From: the human T2T-CHM13v2.0 reference genome, Homo sapiens
Reading direction: 5' to 3' (one strand)
Length of the DNA stretch: 64,000 bases
Assembly (NCBI RefSeq): GCF_009914755.1
Contig: NC_060933.1
Within the stretch, counting starts at the first letter, position 1; the number at the start of each line of letters is the position of its first letter. The notes below the pieces were generated by a model. It was not told the DNA's origin and did no database searches. It worked only from the letters and a program-made list of their open reading frames with translations. The position numbers and the translations under genes were made by a program. This document shows, piece after piece, positions 13,101-27,668 of the stretch.

Positions 13101-16100
13101 CCATTCCATTCCATTGCATTCCATTCCATTCCATTCCGTTGCATTCCATTCCATTACATTCGGATTGATTCTATTCAACTCCCTTACTCCCCATTACATT
13201 CCATTCCGTTCGGGTTGTTCCATTCCATTCCATTCCATTCCACTCCATTCCATTGCACTCGGGTTGATTCCATTCCATTCCATTCCATTCCATTCCATTC
13301 CATTCCGGATGATTCCATTCCATTACATTGCGTTCCATTACATTCCCCTGCACTCGGGTTGATACCATTCCATTCCATTCCATTCCATTCCATTCCATTC
13401 CATTCCGGATGATTCCATTCCATTGCATTCCATTCCATTCCATTCCCCTGCACTCGGGTTGATTACATTCCATTTCCTTCCATTCCATTCCTTTCCATTC
13501 CATTCCATTCCATTCTATTCGGGTGAATTCCATTCCATTCCATTCCATTCCATTGCATTCCATTCCATTCCATTCCATTCCATTGCAATCGAATTGATTC
13601 CATTCCATTCCATTCCATTCCGTTCCGGATGATTCCATTCCATTCCATTCCATTCCATTCCATTCCATTCCATTCCATTCCATTCCCCTGCAGTCGGGTT
13701 GATTCCATTCCATTCCATTCCATTCCATTCCATTCCAATCGAGTTGATTCCATTCCATTCCATTCCAGTCCATTCCACTCCATTGCAGTCCTTTCCATTC
13801 CATTACACTCGGGTTGATTCCATTCTATTCCTTTCCATTCCATTCCATTCCATTGCAATCGAGTTGATTCCATTGCTTTGCATTCCATTCCATTCCATTC
13901 CATTCCGGATGATTCCATTCCATTGCATTCCATTCCATTCCATTCCCCTGCACTCGGGTTGATTCCATTCCATTCCACTCCATTCCGTTCCATTCCATTC
14001 CATTCCATTTTATTCGGGTTAATTCCATTCCATTCCATTCCATTCCATTCCATTCCATTCCATTACAATCGAGTTGATTCCATTCCATTCCATTCCATTC
14101 CATTCCATTCCATTCCAGTCCTTTCCATTCCATTCCACTCGGGTTGATTCCATTCTATTAGTTTCCATTCCATTCCATTCCCTTCCATTCCACTCTGGTT
14201 GATTCCATTCCTTTCTATTCCACTCGAATACATTCCCTCCTATTCCACTCGGAATGATTCCATTTCATTCCATTCCATTCCATTCCATTCCATTCCAGTT
14301 CGTTCCATTCCATTCTATTCCGTACCATTCCATTCCATTCCATTCCTTTCCATTCCATTCTTTTCCACTCGTGTTGATTCCATTCCTTTCCATTCCATTC
14401 GGTTTGAAGGCATTCCATTCCATTCAATTCCATTCCATTCCATTCCATTCCATTCCATTCCATTCCATTCCATTCTATTCCATTCCATTCCATTCCATTC
14501 CCCTGCACTCGCGTTGATTCCATTCCATTCCATTCCATTCCATTCCGTTCCGTTCCATTCCGTTCCATTCCATTCCATTCCATTCCGTTCCGTTCCATTC
14601 CATTCCATTCCATTCTATTCGGGTTAATTCCATTCCATTCCATTCCATTGCCATCGAGTTGATTCCATTCCATTCCATTCCATTCCATTCCATTCCATTC
14701 CATTCCTTTCCATTCCATTACGGATGACTCCATTCCATTGCATTCCATTCCATTCCATTCCCCTGTACTCGGGTTGATTCCATTCCATTCCATTCCACTC
14801 CATTCGGTTCCGTTGCATTCCATTCTATTGCATTCCATTCTATTCGGGTTAATTCCATACCATTCTATTCCATTCCATTCCATTCCATTCCATTGCAATG
14901 GAGTTGATTCCATTCCATTCTATTCCATTCCGGATGATTCCATTCCATTACATTCCATTCCATTCCATTCCCCTGCACTCGTGTTGAATCCATTCCATTC
15001 CATTCCATTCCATTCCGTTCCATTCCATTCCATTCCATTCTATTCCGGTTAATTCCATTCCATTCCATTCCATTCCATTCCATTCCATTCCATTCCATTC
15101 CATTCCATTGCAATCGAGTTGTTTCCATTCCATTCCTTTCCATTCCATTCCATTGCCTTGCATTCCACTCGGGTTGATTCCATTCCCTTCTTTCCACTCC
15201 ATTACATTCCCTTCCATTCCACTCGCAATGATTGATTCCATTCCATTCCATTCCATTTCATTCCATTGCAATCCATTCCAATCCATTCCGTTCCATTCCA
15301 TTCCACTCGAGTTGACTTCATTCCATTCCTTTCCATTCCATTCCGTTCCTTTCCACTCGAGTTGATTCCATTCCACTCCAATCCATTGCATTCCATTCCA
15401 TGCCATTCCACTCGGGTTGATTCCATTCCTTTGCATTCCATTCCATTCCATTCCATTGCATTCCATTCCATTCCATTCGCCTGCACTCGTTTTGAATCCG
15501 TTCCATTCCATTCCATTCCATTCCGTTCCATTCCATTCCATTCCATTCTATTCCGGTTAATTCCATTCCATTCAATTCCATTCCGTTCCATTCCATTCCA
15601 TTACATTCGGATTGATTCTATTCAACTCCCTTACTCTCCATTACATTCCATTCCATTCGGGTTGTTCCATTCCATTCCATTCCATTCCACTCCATTCCAT
15701 TGCTCTCTGGTTGATTCCATTCCATTCCATTCCATTAAATTCCATTCCATTCCATTCCATTCCATTCCGGATGATTCCATTCCATTGCATTCCGTTCCAT
15801 TACATTCCCCTGCACTCGCGTTGATTCCATTCCATTCCATTCCATTCCATTCCATTGCAATCGAGTTGATTCCATTGCTTTGCATTCCATTCCATTCCAT
15901 TCCATTCCGAATGATTCCATTCCATTGCATTCCATTCCACTGCACTCGGGTTGATTCCATTCCATTCCACTCCATTCCGTTCCATTCCATTCCATTCCAT
16001 TGTATTCGGGTTAATTCCATTCCATTCCATTCCATTCCATTCCATTCCATTCCATTCCATTACATTCCATTCCATCACAATCGAGTTGGTTCCATTCCAT

Positions 16101-16584
16101 TCAATTCCATTCCATTCCATTCCATTCCGGATGATTCCATTCCATTACATTCCGTTCCATTACATTCCCCTGCACTCGGGTTGATTCCATTCCATTCCAT
16201 TCCATTCCATTCCATTCCATTCCATTCCAATTCTTTCCATTCCATTCTATTCCGTACCATTCCATTCCATTCCATACCATTCCATTCCATTCCATTCCAT
16301 TCCATTCCGTTCCGTTCCGTTCCGTTCCATTCCATTCCATTCCATTATATTCAGGTTAATTCCATTCCATTCCATTCCACTCCATTCTATTCCATTCCAT
16401 TGCAATCGAGTTGAATCCACTGCCTTTCATTCCATTCCATTCCATTCCGGAAGATTCCATTCCATTGCATTCCACTCCATTCCATTCGCCTGCACTCGTG
16501 TTGATTCCATTCCATTCCATTCCATTCCGTTCCGTTCCATTCCATTCCATTCCATTCCGTTCCATTCCATTCCATTCCATTCCA

Positions 16585-17525
16585 TTCTATTCGGGTTAAT
16601 TCGATTCCATTCCATTCGATTGCCATCGAGTTGATTCCATTCCATTCCATTCCATTCCAGTCCATTCCATTCCATTCCATTCCTTTCCATTCCATTACGG
16701 ATGACTCCATCCCATTACATTCCATTCCATTCCATTCCCGTGTACTCGGGTTGATTCCATTCCGTTCCATTCCACTCCATTCGGTTCCGTTGCATTCCAT
16801 TCTATTGCATTCCATTCTATTCGGGTCAATTCCATTCCATTCTATTCCATTCCATTCCATTCCATTCCATTGCAATGCAGTTGATTCCATTCCATTCCAT
16901 TCCATTCCGAATGATTCCATTCCATTGCATTCCATTCCATTCCATTCCCCTGCACTCGTGTTGATTCCATTCCCTTCCATTCCATTCCATTCCATTCCAT
17001 TCCATTCCATTCCATTCTATTCCGGTTAATTCCATTCCATTCCATTCCGTTCCGTTCCATTCCATTCCATTCCATTCTATTCGGGTTAATTCCATTCCAT
17101 TCCATTCGATTGCCATCGAGTTGATTCCATTCCATTCCATTCCATTCCATTTCATTCCATTCCATTCCTATCCATTCCATTACGGATGACTCCATTCCAT
17201 TGCATTCCATTCCATTCCATTCCCCTGTACTCGGGTTGATTCCATTCCATTCCAATCCACTCCATTCGGTTCCGTTGCATTCCATTCTATTGCATTCCAT
17301 TCTATTTGGTTTAATTCCATTCCATTCTATTCCATTCCATTCCATTCCATTCCATTGCAATGGAGTTGATTCCATTCCATTCCATTCCATTCCGGATGAT
17401 TCCATTCCATTGCATTCCATTCCATTCCATTCCCCTGCACTCGTGTTGATTCCATTCCCTTCCATTCCATTCCATTCCGTTCCATTCCATTCCATTCCAT
17501 TCTATTCCGGTTAATTCCATTCCAT
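16585..17525 (+). repeat. Two tandem copies of a 485-bp unit
   Basis: ORF ends recur at +485 (16826/17311, 16842/17327, 17029/17514). Shared motifs are CGATTGCCATCGAG, GGATGACTCC, TCGGTTCCGTTGC and CTATTCCGGTTAA. Confidence 0.8.
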
Positions 17526-17529
17526 TCCA

Positions 17530-20500
17530 TTCCATTCCATTCCATTCCATTGCAATCGAGTTGACTCCATTCCATTCCTTTCCATTCCATTCCATTGCCT
17601 TGCATTCCACTCGGGTTGATTCCATTCCCTTTTTTCCACTCCATTACATTCCCTTCCATGATTGATTCCATTCCATTCTATTCCATTTCATTCCATTGCA
17701 ATCCATTCCAATCCATTCCATTCCATTCCATTCCACTCGAGTTGACTTCATTCCATTCCTTTCCATTCCATTCCATTCCTTTCCACCCGAGTTGATTCCA
17801 TTCCATTCCAATCCATTGCATTCCATTCCACGCCATTCCACTCGGGTTGATTCCATTCCTTTGCATTCCATTCCATTCCATTCCATTCCATTCCATTCCG
17901 TTGTATTCCATTCCATTACATTCAGATTGATTCTATTCAACTCCCTTACTCTCCATTACATTCCATTCCATTCGGGTTGTTCCATTCCATTCCATTCCAT
18001 TCCATTCCACTCCATTCCATTGCACTCGGATTGATTCCATTCCATTCCATTCCATTCCATTCCGGATGATTCCATTCCATTGCATTCCGTTCCATTACAT
18101 TCCACTGCACTCGCGTTGATTCCATTCCATTCCATTCCATTCCATTCAATTCCATTCCATTACAATTCGTTCCATTCCATTCTATTCCGTTCCATTCCAT
18201 TCCATTCCATAACATTCCATTCCATACCATTCCATTCCATTCCATTCCATTCCGTTCCATTCCGTTCCATTCCGTTCCATTCCGTTCCATTCCATTCTCT
18301 TCGGGTTAATCCCATTCCATTCCATTCCATTCCATTCTATTCCATTCCATTGCAGTCGAGTTGAATCCATTGCATTTCATTCCATTCCATTCCATTCCAT
18401 TCCATTCCATTCCATTCCGGAAGATTCCATTCAATTGCATTCCATTCCATGCCATACCCCTGCACTCGCGTTGATTCCATTCCATTCCATTCCATTCCAT
18501 TCCATTCCGTTCCGTTCCGTTCCGTTCCATTCGATTCCATTCCATTCCATTCCATTCCGTTCCGTTCCATTGTATTCCATTCCATTCTATTCGGGTTAAT
18601 TCCATTCCATTCCATTCGATTGCAATCGTGTTGATTCCATTCCATTCCATTCCATTCCATTCCATTCCATTCCTTTCCATTCCATTACGGATGATTCCAT
18701 TCCATTGCATTCCATTCCATTCCATTCCCCTGTACTCGAGTTGATTCCATTCCATTGCATTCCAATCCATGCCCTTCCACTCGTGTTGATTCCATTCTTT
18801 CCATTCCATTCAAGTTGAATCCATTCCACTGCTTTCCATTCCATTCGATTCCATTCGATTGCACTCGGGTTGATTCCATTCCATTGCATTCCATTCCATT
18901 CCATTCCATTCTATTCCATTCCGTTCCATTCCATTCCATTACATTCGGATTGATTCTATTCAATTCCCTTACACTCCATTACATTCCATTCCATTCGGGT
19001 AGTATCCATTCCATTCCATTCCATTCCTCTCCATTCCATTGCACTCGGGTTGATTCCATTCCATTTCATTCCATTCCATTCCATTCAATTCCATTCCGTT
19101 CCATTCCATTCCATTACATTCGGATTGACTCTATTCAACTCCCTTACTCTCCATTACATTCCATTCCATTCGGGTTGTTCCATTCCAATCCATTCCATTC
19201 CACTCCATTCCATTGCACTCGGGTTTATTCCATACCATTCCATTCCATTCCATTCTATTCCATTCCATTCCGGAAGATTCCATTCCATTGCATTCCATTC
19301 CATTCCATTCCCCTGCACTCGCGTAGATTCCATTCCATTCCATTCCATTCTATTCCATTCCATTCCATTCCATTCCATTCCGTTCCGTTCCGTTCCGTTC
19401 TGATCCATTCCATTCCATTCCATTCTATTCGGGTTAATTCCATTCCATTCCATTCGATTGCAATCGAGTTGATTCCATTCCATTCCATTCCATTCCATTC
19501 CATTCCATTCCATTCCATTCCTTTCCATTCCATTATGGATGATTGCATTCCATTGCATTCCATTCCATTCCATTCCCCTGTACTCGGGTTGATTCCATTC
19601 CATTCCATTCCAATCCATGCCATTCCACTCGTGTTGATTCCATTCTTTCCATTCCATTCAAGTTGAATCCATTCCATTGCATTCCATTCCATTCCATTCC
19701 CTTGCATTCGGGTTGATTCCATTCTATTCCCTTCCATTCCATTCCATTCCATTCCATTCTATTCGGATTAATTCCATTCCATTCCATTCCATCCCATTCC
19801 ATTCCATTCGGTTCCATTCCGTTCCATTCCATTCCATTCCATTCTGTTCGGGTTAATTCCATTCCATTCAATTCCTTTCCATTCCATTACGGATGATTCC
19901 ATACCATTGCATTCCATTCCATTCCATTCCCCTGTACTCGGGTTGATTCCATTCCATTCCATTCCAATCCATGCCATTCCACTCGTGTTGATTCCATTCT
20001 TTCCATTCCATTCAAGTTGAATGCATTCCATTGCATTCCATTCCATTCCATTCCCCTGCAGTCGGGTTGATTCCATTCCATTCCATTCCATTCCATTCCA
20101 TTCCGTTCCATTCCATTCCATTCCATTCTATTCGGGTTAATTCCATTCCACTCCATTCCATTCCAATCGAGTTGATTCCATTCCATTCCATTCCATTCCA
20201 TTCCACTCCATTCCAGTCCTTTCCATTCCATTCCACTCGGGTTGATTCCAATGTATTCCTTTCCATTCCATTCCATTCCATTGCAATCGAGTTGATTCCA
20301 TTGCTTTGCATTCCATTCCATTCCATTCCATTCCGGATGATTCCATTCCATTGCATTCCATTCCATTCCATTCCCCTGCACTCGGGTTGATTCCATTCCA
20401 TTCCACTCCATTCCGTTCCGTTCCATTCCATTCCATTGTATTCGCGTTAATTCCATTCCATTCCATTCCATTCCATTCCATTACAATCGAGTTGATTCCA

Positions 20501-23500
20501 TTCCATTCCATTCCATTCCATTCCAGTCCTTTCCATTCCATTCCACTCGGGTTGATTCCATTCTATTAGTTTCCATTCCATTCCATTCCCTTCCATTCCA
20601 CTCTGGTTGATTCCATTCCTTTCCATTCCACTCGAATACATTCCTTCCTATTCCACTCGGAACGATTCCATTCCATTCCATTCCATTCCATTCCATTCCA
20701 TTCCATTTCGTTCCATTCCATTCTATTCCGTATCATTCCATTCCATTCCATTCCATTCCATTCCACTCGTGTTGATTCCATTCCTTTCCATTCCATTCGG
20801 TTTGAAGGCATTCCATTCCATTCCATTCCATTCCATTCCATTCCATTCCATTCCATTGTACTCGGATTGATTCCATTCCATTGCATTCCATTCCATTCCA
20901 TTCCATTCCATTCCATTCCATTCCATTCCGTTGCATTCCATTCCATTACATTCGGATTGATTCTATTCAACTCCCTTACTCTCCATTACATTCCATTCCA
21001 TTCGGGTTGTTCCATTCCATTCCATTCCATTCCACTCCATTCCATTGCACTCGGGTTGATTCCATTCCATTCCATTCCATTCCATTCCATTCCATTCCAT
21101 TCCATTCCGGATGATTCCATTCCATTGCATTCCGTTCCATTACATTCCCCTGCAATCAGGTTGATTCCATTCCATTCCATTCCACTCCATTCGGTTCCGT
21201 TCCATTCCATTCTATTGCATTCCTTTCTATTCGGGTTAATTCCTTCCATTCTATTCCATTTCATTCCATTCCATTCCATTGCAATGGAGTTGATTCCATT
21301 CCATTCCATTCCATTCCGGATGATTCCATTCCATTGCATTCCATTCCATTCCATTCCCCTGCACTCGTGTTGATTCCATTCCCTTCCATTCCATTCCATT
21401 CCGTTCCATTCCATTGCATTCCATTCTATTCCGGCTAATTCCATTCCATTCCATTCCATTCCATTCCATTCCATTCCATTCCATTCCATTCCATTCCATG
21501 GCAATCGAGTTGATTCCATTCCATTCCTTTCCATTCCATTCCATTGCCTTGCATTCCAATCGGGTGGATTCCATTCTCTTCTTTCCACTCCATTACATTC
21601 CCTTCCATTCCACTCGGAATGATTGATTCCATTCCATTCCATTCCATTTCATTCCATTGCAATCCATTCCAATCCATTCCATTCCATTCCACTCGAGTTG
21701 ATTTCATTCCATTCCTTTCCATTCCATTCCATTCCTTTCCACTCGAGTTGATTCCATTCCATTCCATTCCATTCCATTCCATTCCGTTGCATTCCATTCC
21801 ATTACATTCGGATTGATTCTATTCAACTCCTTTACTCTCCATTACATTCCATTCCATTCGGGTTCTTCCTTTCCATTCCATTCCATTACACTCCATTCCA
21901 TTGCACTCGGGTTGACTCCATTCCATTCCATTCCATTCCATTCCGGATGATTCCATTCCATTGCATTCCGTTCCATTACATTCCCCTGCACTCGCGTTGA
22001 TTCCATTCCATTCCATTCCATTCCATTCAATTCCATTCCATTACAATTCGTTCCATTCCATTCTATTCCGTACCATTCCATTCCGTTCCATACCATTCGA
22101 TTCCATTCCATTCCATTCCATTCCATTCCGTTCCATTCCGTTCCATTCCATTCCATTCCATTCTATTTGGGTTAATTCCATTCCATTCCATTCCATTCCA
22201 TTCTATTGCATTCCATTGCAATCGAGTTGAATCGATTGCATTTCATTGCATTCCATTCTATTCCATTCCATTCCATTCCGGAAGATTCCATTCCATTGCA
22301 TTCCATTCCATTCCATTCCCCTGCACTCGCGTTGATTCCATTCCATTCCATTCCATTCCATTCCATTCCATTCCGTTCCGTTCCGTTCCGTTCCGTTCCA
22401 TTCCATTCCATTCCATTCCATTGCATTCCGTTCCGTTCCATTCCATTCCATTCCATTCTATTCGGGTTAATTCCATTCCATTCCATTCGATTGCAATCGT
22501 GTTGATTCCATTCCATTCCATTCCATTCCATTCCATTCCATTCCATTCCTTTCCATTCCATTACGGATGATTCCATTCCATTGCATTCCATTCCATTCCA
22601 TTCCCCTGTACTCGGGTTGATTCCATTCCATTGCATTCCAATCCATGCCCTTCCACTCGTGTTGATTCCATTCTTTCCATTCCATTCAAGTTGAATCCAT
22701 TCCATTGCATTCCATTCCATTCGATTCCATTCGATTGCACTCGGGTTGATTCCATTCCATTGCATTCCATTCCATTCCATTCCATTCCATTCCATTCCAT
22801 TCCGTTCCATTCCATTCCATTACATTCGGATTGATTCTATTCAATTCCCTTACCCTCCATTCCATTCCATTCCATTCGGGTAGTTTCCATTCCATTCCAT
22901 TCCATTCCTCTCCATTCCATTGCACTCGGGTTGATTCCATTCCATTGCATTCCATTCCATTCCATTCAAATCCATTCCGTTCCATTCCATTCCATTACAT
23001 TCGGATTGCTTCTATTCATCTCCCTTAGTCTCCATTACATTCCATTCCATTCGGGTTGTTCCATTCCATTCCATTCCATTCCACTCCATTCCATTGCACT
23101 CGGGTTGATTCCATTCCATTCCATTCCATTCCATTCCATTCCATTCCATTCCATTCCGGAAGATTCCATTCCATTGCATTCCATTCCATTCCATTCCCCT
23201 GCACTCGCGTTGATTCCATTCCATTCCATTCCATTCCATTCCATTCCTTTCTGTTCCATTCCATTCCAATCCATTCCATTCCATTCCGTTCCGTTACGTT
23301 CCATTCCATTCCATTCCATTCTATTCTGGTTAATTCCATTCCATTCCATTCGATTGCAATAGAGTTGATTCCATTCCATTCCATTCCATTCCATTCCATT
23401 CCATTCCATTCCATTCCTTTCCATTCCATTACGGATGATTCCATTCCATTGCATTCCATTCCATTCCATTCCCCTGTACTCGGGTTGATTCCATTGCATT

Positions 23501-24700
23501 CCATTCCAATCCATGCCATTCCACTCGTGTTGATTCCATTCTTTCCATTCCATTCAAGTTGAATCCATTCCATTGCATTCCCTTCCATTCCATTCCCCTG
23601 TAGTCGGGTTGATTCCATTCCATTCCATTCCATTCCATTCCATTCCATTCCATTCCATTCCATTACATTCCATTCCGTTCCGTTCCATTCCATTCCATTC
23701 CTTTCTATTCGGGTTAATTCCATTCCATTCCATTCCATTCCATTCCATTCCATTCCATTCCAATCGAGTTGATTCCATTCCATTCCAATCCATTCCATTC
23801 CATTCCATTCCATTCCACTCCATTCCAGTCCATTCCATTCCATTCCACTCGGGTTGTTTCCAATGTATTCCTTTCCATTCCATTCCATTCCATTGCAATC
23901 GAGTTGATTCCATTGCTTTGCATTCGATTCCATTCCATTCCATTCCGGATGATTCCATTTCATTGCATTCCATTCCATTCCATTCCCCTGCACTCGGGTT
24001 GATTCCATTCCATTCCACTCCATTCCGTTCCATTGCATTCCATTCCATTGTATTCGGGTTATTTCCATTGCATTCCATTCCATTGTATTCGGGTTAATTC
24101 CATTCCATTCCATTCCGTTCCATTCCATTACAATCGAGTTGATTCCATTGCATTCCATTCCATTCCAGTCCTTTCCATTCCATTCCACTCGGGTTGATTC
24201 CATTCTATTAGTTTCCATTCCATTCCATTCCCTTCCATTCCACTCTGGTTGATTCCATTCCTTTGCATTCCACTCGAATACATTCCCTCCTATTCCACTC
24301 AGAACGATTCCATTCCATTCCATTCCATTCCATTCCATTCCATTCCATTCCATTCCATTCCATTTCGTTCCATTCCATTCTGTTCCGTATCATTCCATTC
24401 CATTCCATTCCATTCCATTCCATTCCATTCCATTCCATTCCATTCCATTGTACTCGGGTTGGTTCCATTCCATTGCATTCCATTCCATTCCATTCCATTC
24501 CATTCCATTCCGTTGCATTCCATTCCATTACATTCGGATTGATTCTATTCAACTCCCTTACTCTCCATTACATTCCATTCCATTCGGGTTGTTCCATTCC
24601 ATTCCATTCCATTCCACTCCATTCCATTGCACTCGGGTTGTTTCCATTCCATTCCATTCCATTCCATTCCATTCCATTCCATTCCATTCCGGATGATTCC
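17530..24700 (+). repeat. Imperfect tandem duplication, period ~3.9 kb (about 3.6 kb at the distal end)
   Basis: Paired markers at 17625/21573, 18080/21961, 18755/22631 (TTGCATTCCAATCCATGCCCTTCC), 19131/23012 and 20628/24270. The offset drops where the first copy carries an extra internal segment near 19700-20050. Confidence 0.7.
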
Positions 24701-27668
24701 ATTCCATTACATTCCGTTCCATTACATTCCCCTGCACTCGCGTTGATTCCATTCCATTCCATTCCATTCCATTCAATTCCATTCCATTACAATTCGTTCC
24801 ATTCCATTCTATTCCGTACCATTCCATTCCATTGCATACCATTCCATTCCATTCCATTCCATTCCGTTCCATTCCGTTCCATTCCATTCAATTCCATTCT
24901 ATTCGGATTAATTCCATTCCATTACATTCCATTCCATTCTATTCCATTCCATTGCAATCGAGTTGAATCCATTGGATTTCATTCCATTCCATTCCATTCC
25001 ATTCCATTCCGGAAGATTCCATTCCATTGCATTCCATTCCATTCACCTGCACTCGCGTTGATTCCATTCCATTCCATTCCATTCCATTCCGTTCCGTTCC
25101 ATTCCATTCCATTCCATTCCATTCTTTTCGGGTTAATTGCATTCCATTCCATTCGATTGCAATCGAGTTGATTCCATTCCATTCCATTCCATTCCATTCC
25201 ATTCCATTCCATTCCTTTCCATTCCATTACGGATGATTCCATTCCATTGCATTCCGTTCCATTCCATTCCCCTGTACCCGGGTTGATTCCATTCCATTCC
25301 ATTCCAATCCATGCCATTCCACTCGTGTTGATTTCATTCTTTCCATTCCATTCAAGTTGATTCCATTCCATTGCATTCCATTCCATTCGATTCCATTCGA
25401 TTGCACTCGGGTTGATTCCATTCCATTGCATTCCATTCCATTCCTTTCGATTCCATTCCATTCCATTCCGTTCCATTCCATTCCATTACATTCGGATTGA
25501 TTCTATTCAATTCCCTTACACTCCATTACATTCCATTCCATTCGGGTAGTTTCCATTCCATTCCATTCCATTCCTCTCCATTCCATTGCACTCGGGTTGA
25601 TTCCATTCCATTGCATTCCATTCCATTCCATTCAATTCTATTCCGTTCCATTCCATTCCATTACATTCGGATTGATTCTATTCAACTCCCTTACTCTCCA
25701 TTACATTCCATTCCATTCGGGTTGTTCCATTCCATTCCATTCCATTCCACTCCATTCCATTGGACTCGGGTTGATTCCATTCCATTCCATTCCATTCCAT
25801 TCCATTCCATTCCGGAAGATTCCATTCGATTGCATTCCATTCCATTCCATTCCCCTGCACTCGCGTTGATTCCATTCCTTTCCATTCCATTCCATTCCAT
25901 TCCATTCCATTGCATTCCCATCCGTTCCGTTCCATTCCATTCCATTCCATTCCGTTCCGTTCCATTCCATTCCATTCCATTCCATTCCATTCTATTCGGG
26001 TTAATTCCATTCCATTCCATTCAATTGCAATCGAGTTGATTCCATTCCATTCCATTCCATTCCATTCCATTCCATTCCTTTCCATTACATTACGGATGAT
26101 TCCATTCCATTGCATTCCATTCCATTCCATTCCCCTGTACTCGGGTTGATTCCATTCCATTCCATTCCAATCCATGCCATTCCACTCGTGTTGATTCCAT
26201 TCTTTCCATTCCATTCAAGTTGAATCCATTCCATTGCATTCCATTCCATTCGATTCCATTCGATTGCACTCGGGTTGATTCCATGGCATTGCATTCCATT
26301 CCATTCCATTCCATTCCATTCCATTCCATTCCTTTCCATTCCATTCCATTCCATTCCATTCGGATTCATTCTATTCAATTCCCTTACACTCCATTCCATT
26401 CCATTCCATTCGTGTACTTTCCATTCCATTCCATTCCATTCCTCTCCATTCCATTGCACTCGGGTTGATTCCATTCCATTCCATTCCATTCCATTCCATT
26501 CCATTCCATTCCATTCCATTCCGGATGATTCCATTCCATTGAATTCCATTCCATTCCGTTCCCCTGCACTTGGGTTGATTCCATTCCATTCCTTTCTGTT
26601 CCATTCCATTCCATTCCATTCCATTCTATTCGTGTTAATTCCGTTCCATTCTATTCCATTCCATTCCATTGAAATCGAGTTGATTCCATTCCATTCAATT
26701 CCATTCCATTCCATTCCATTCCATTCCTTTCCGGATGATTCCATTCCATTGCATTCCATTCCATTCCATTCCCCTGCGCTCGGGTTGATTCCATTCCATT
26801 CCATTCCATACCATTCCATTCCATTGCATTCCATTCCATTCCGTTCCATTCCGTTCCATTCCATTCCATTCCATTCTATTCGAATTAATTCCATTCCATT
26901 CCATTCCATTCCATTCTATTCCATTCCATTGCAATCGAGTTCAATCCATTGCATTTCATTCCATTCCATTCCATTCCATTCCATTCCGGAAGATTCCATT
27001 CCATTGCATTCCATTCCATTCCATTCCCCTGCACTCGCGTTGATTCCATTCCATTCCATTCCTTTCCATTCCATTCCATTCCGTTCTGTTCCATTCCATT
27101 CCATTCCATTCCATTCCATTCCGTTCCGTTCCATTCCATTCCATTCCATTCTATTAGGGTTAATTCCATTCCATTCCATTCGATTGCAATCGAGTTGATT
27201 CCATTCCATTCCATTCCATTCCATTCCATTCCATTCCATTCCTTTCCTTTCCATTACGGATGTTTCCATTCCATTGCATTCCGTTCCATTCCATTCCCCT
27301 GTACTCGGGTTGATTCCATTCCATTCCATTCCAATCCATGCCATTCCACTCGTGTTGATTCCATTCTTTCCATTCCATTCAAGTTGAATCCGTTCCATTG
27401 CATTCCATTCCATTCGATTCCATTCGATTGCGCTCGGGTTGATTCCATTCCATTGCATTCCATTCCATTCCATTCCATTCCATTCCATTCCATTCCATTC
27501 CGTTCCATTCCATTCCATTACGTTCGGATTGATTCTATTCAATTCCCTTACACTCCATTACATTCCATTCCATTCTGGTAGTTTCCATTCCATTCCATTC
27601 CATTCCTCTCCATTCCATTGCACTCGGGTTGATTCCATTCCATTGCATTCCATTCCATTCCATTCAAT

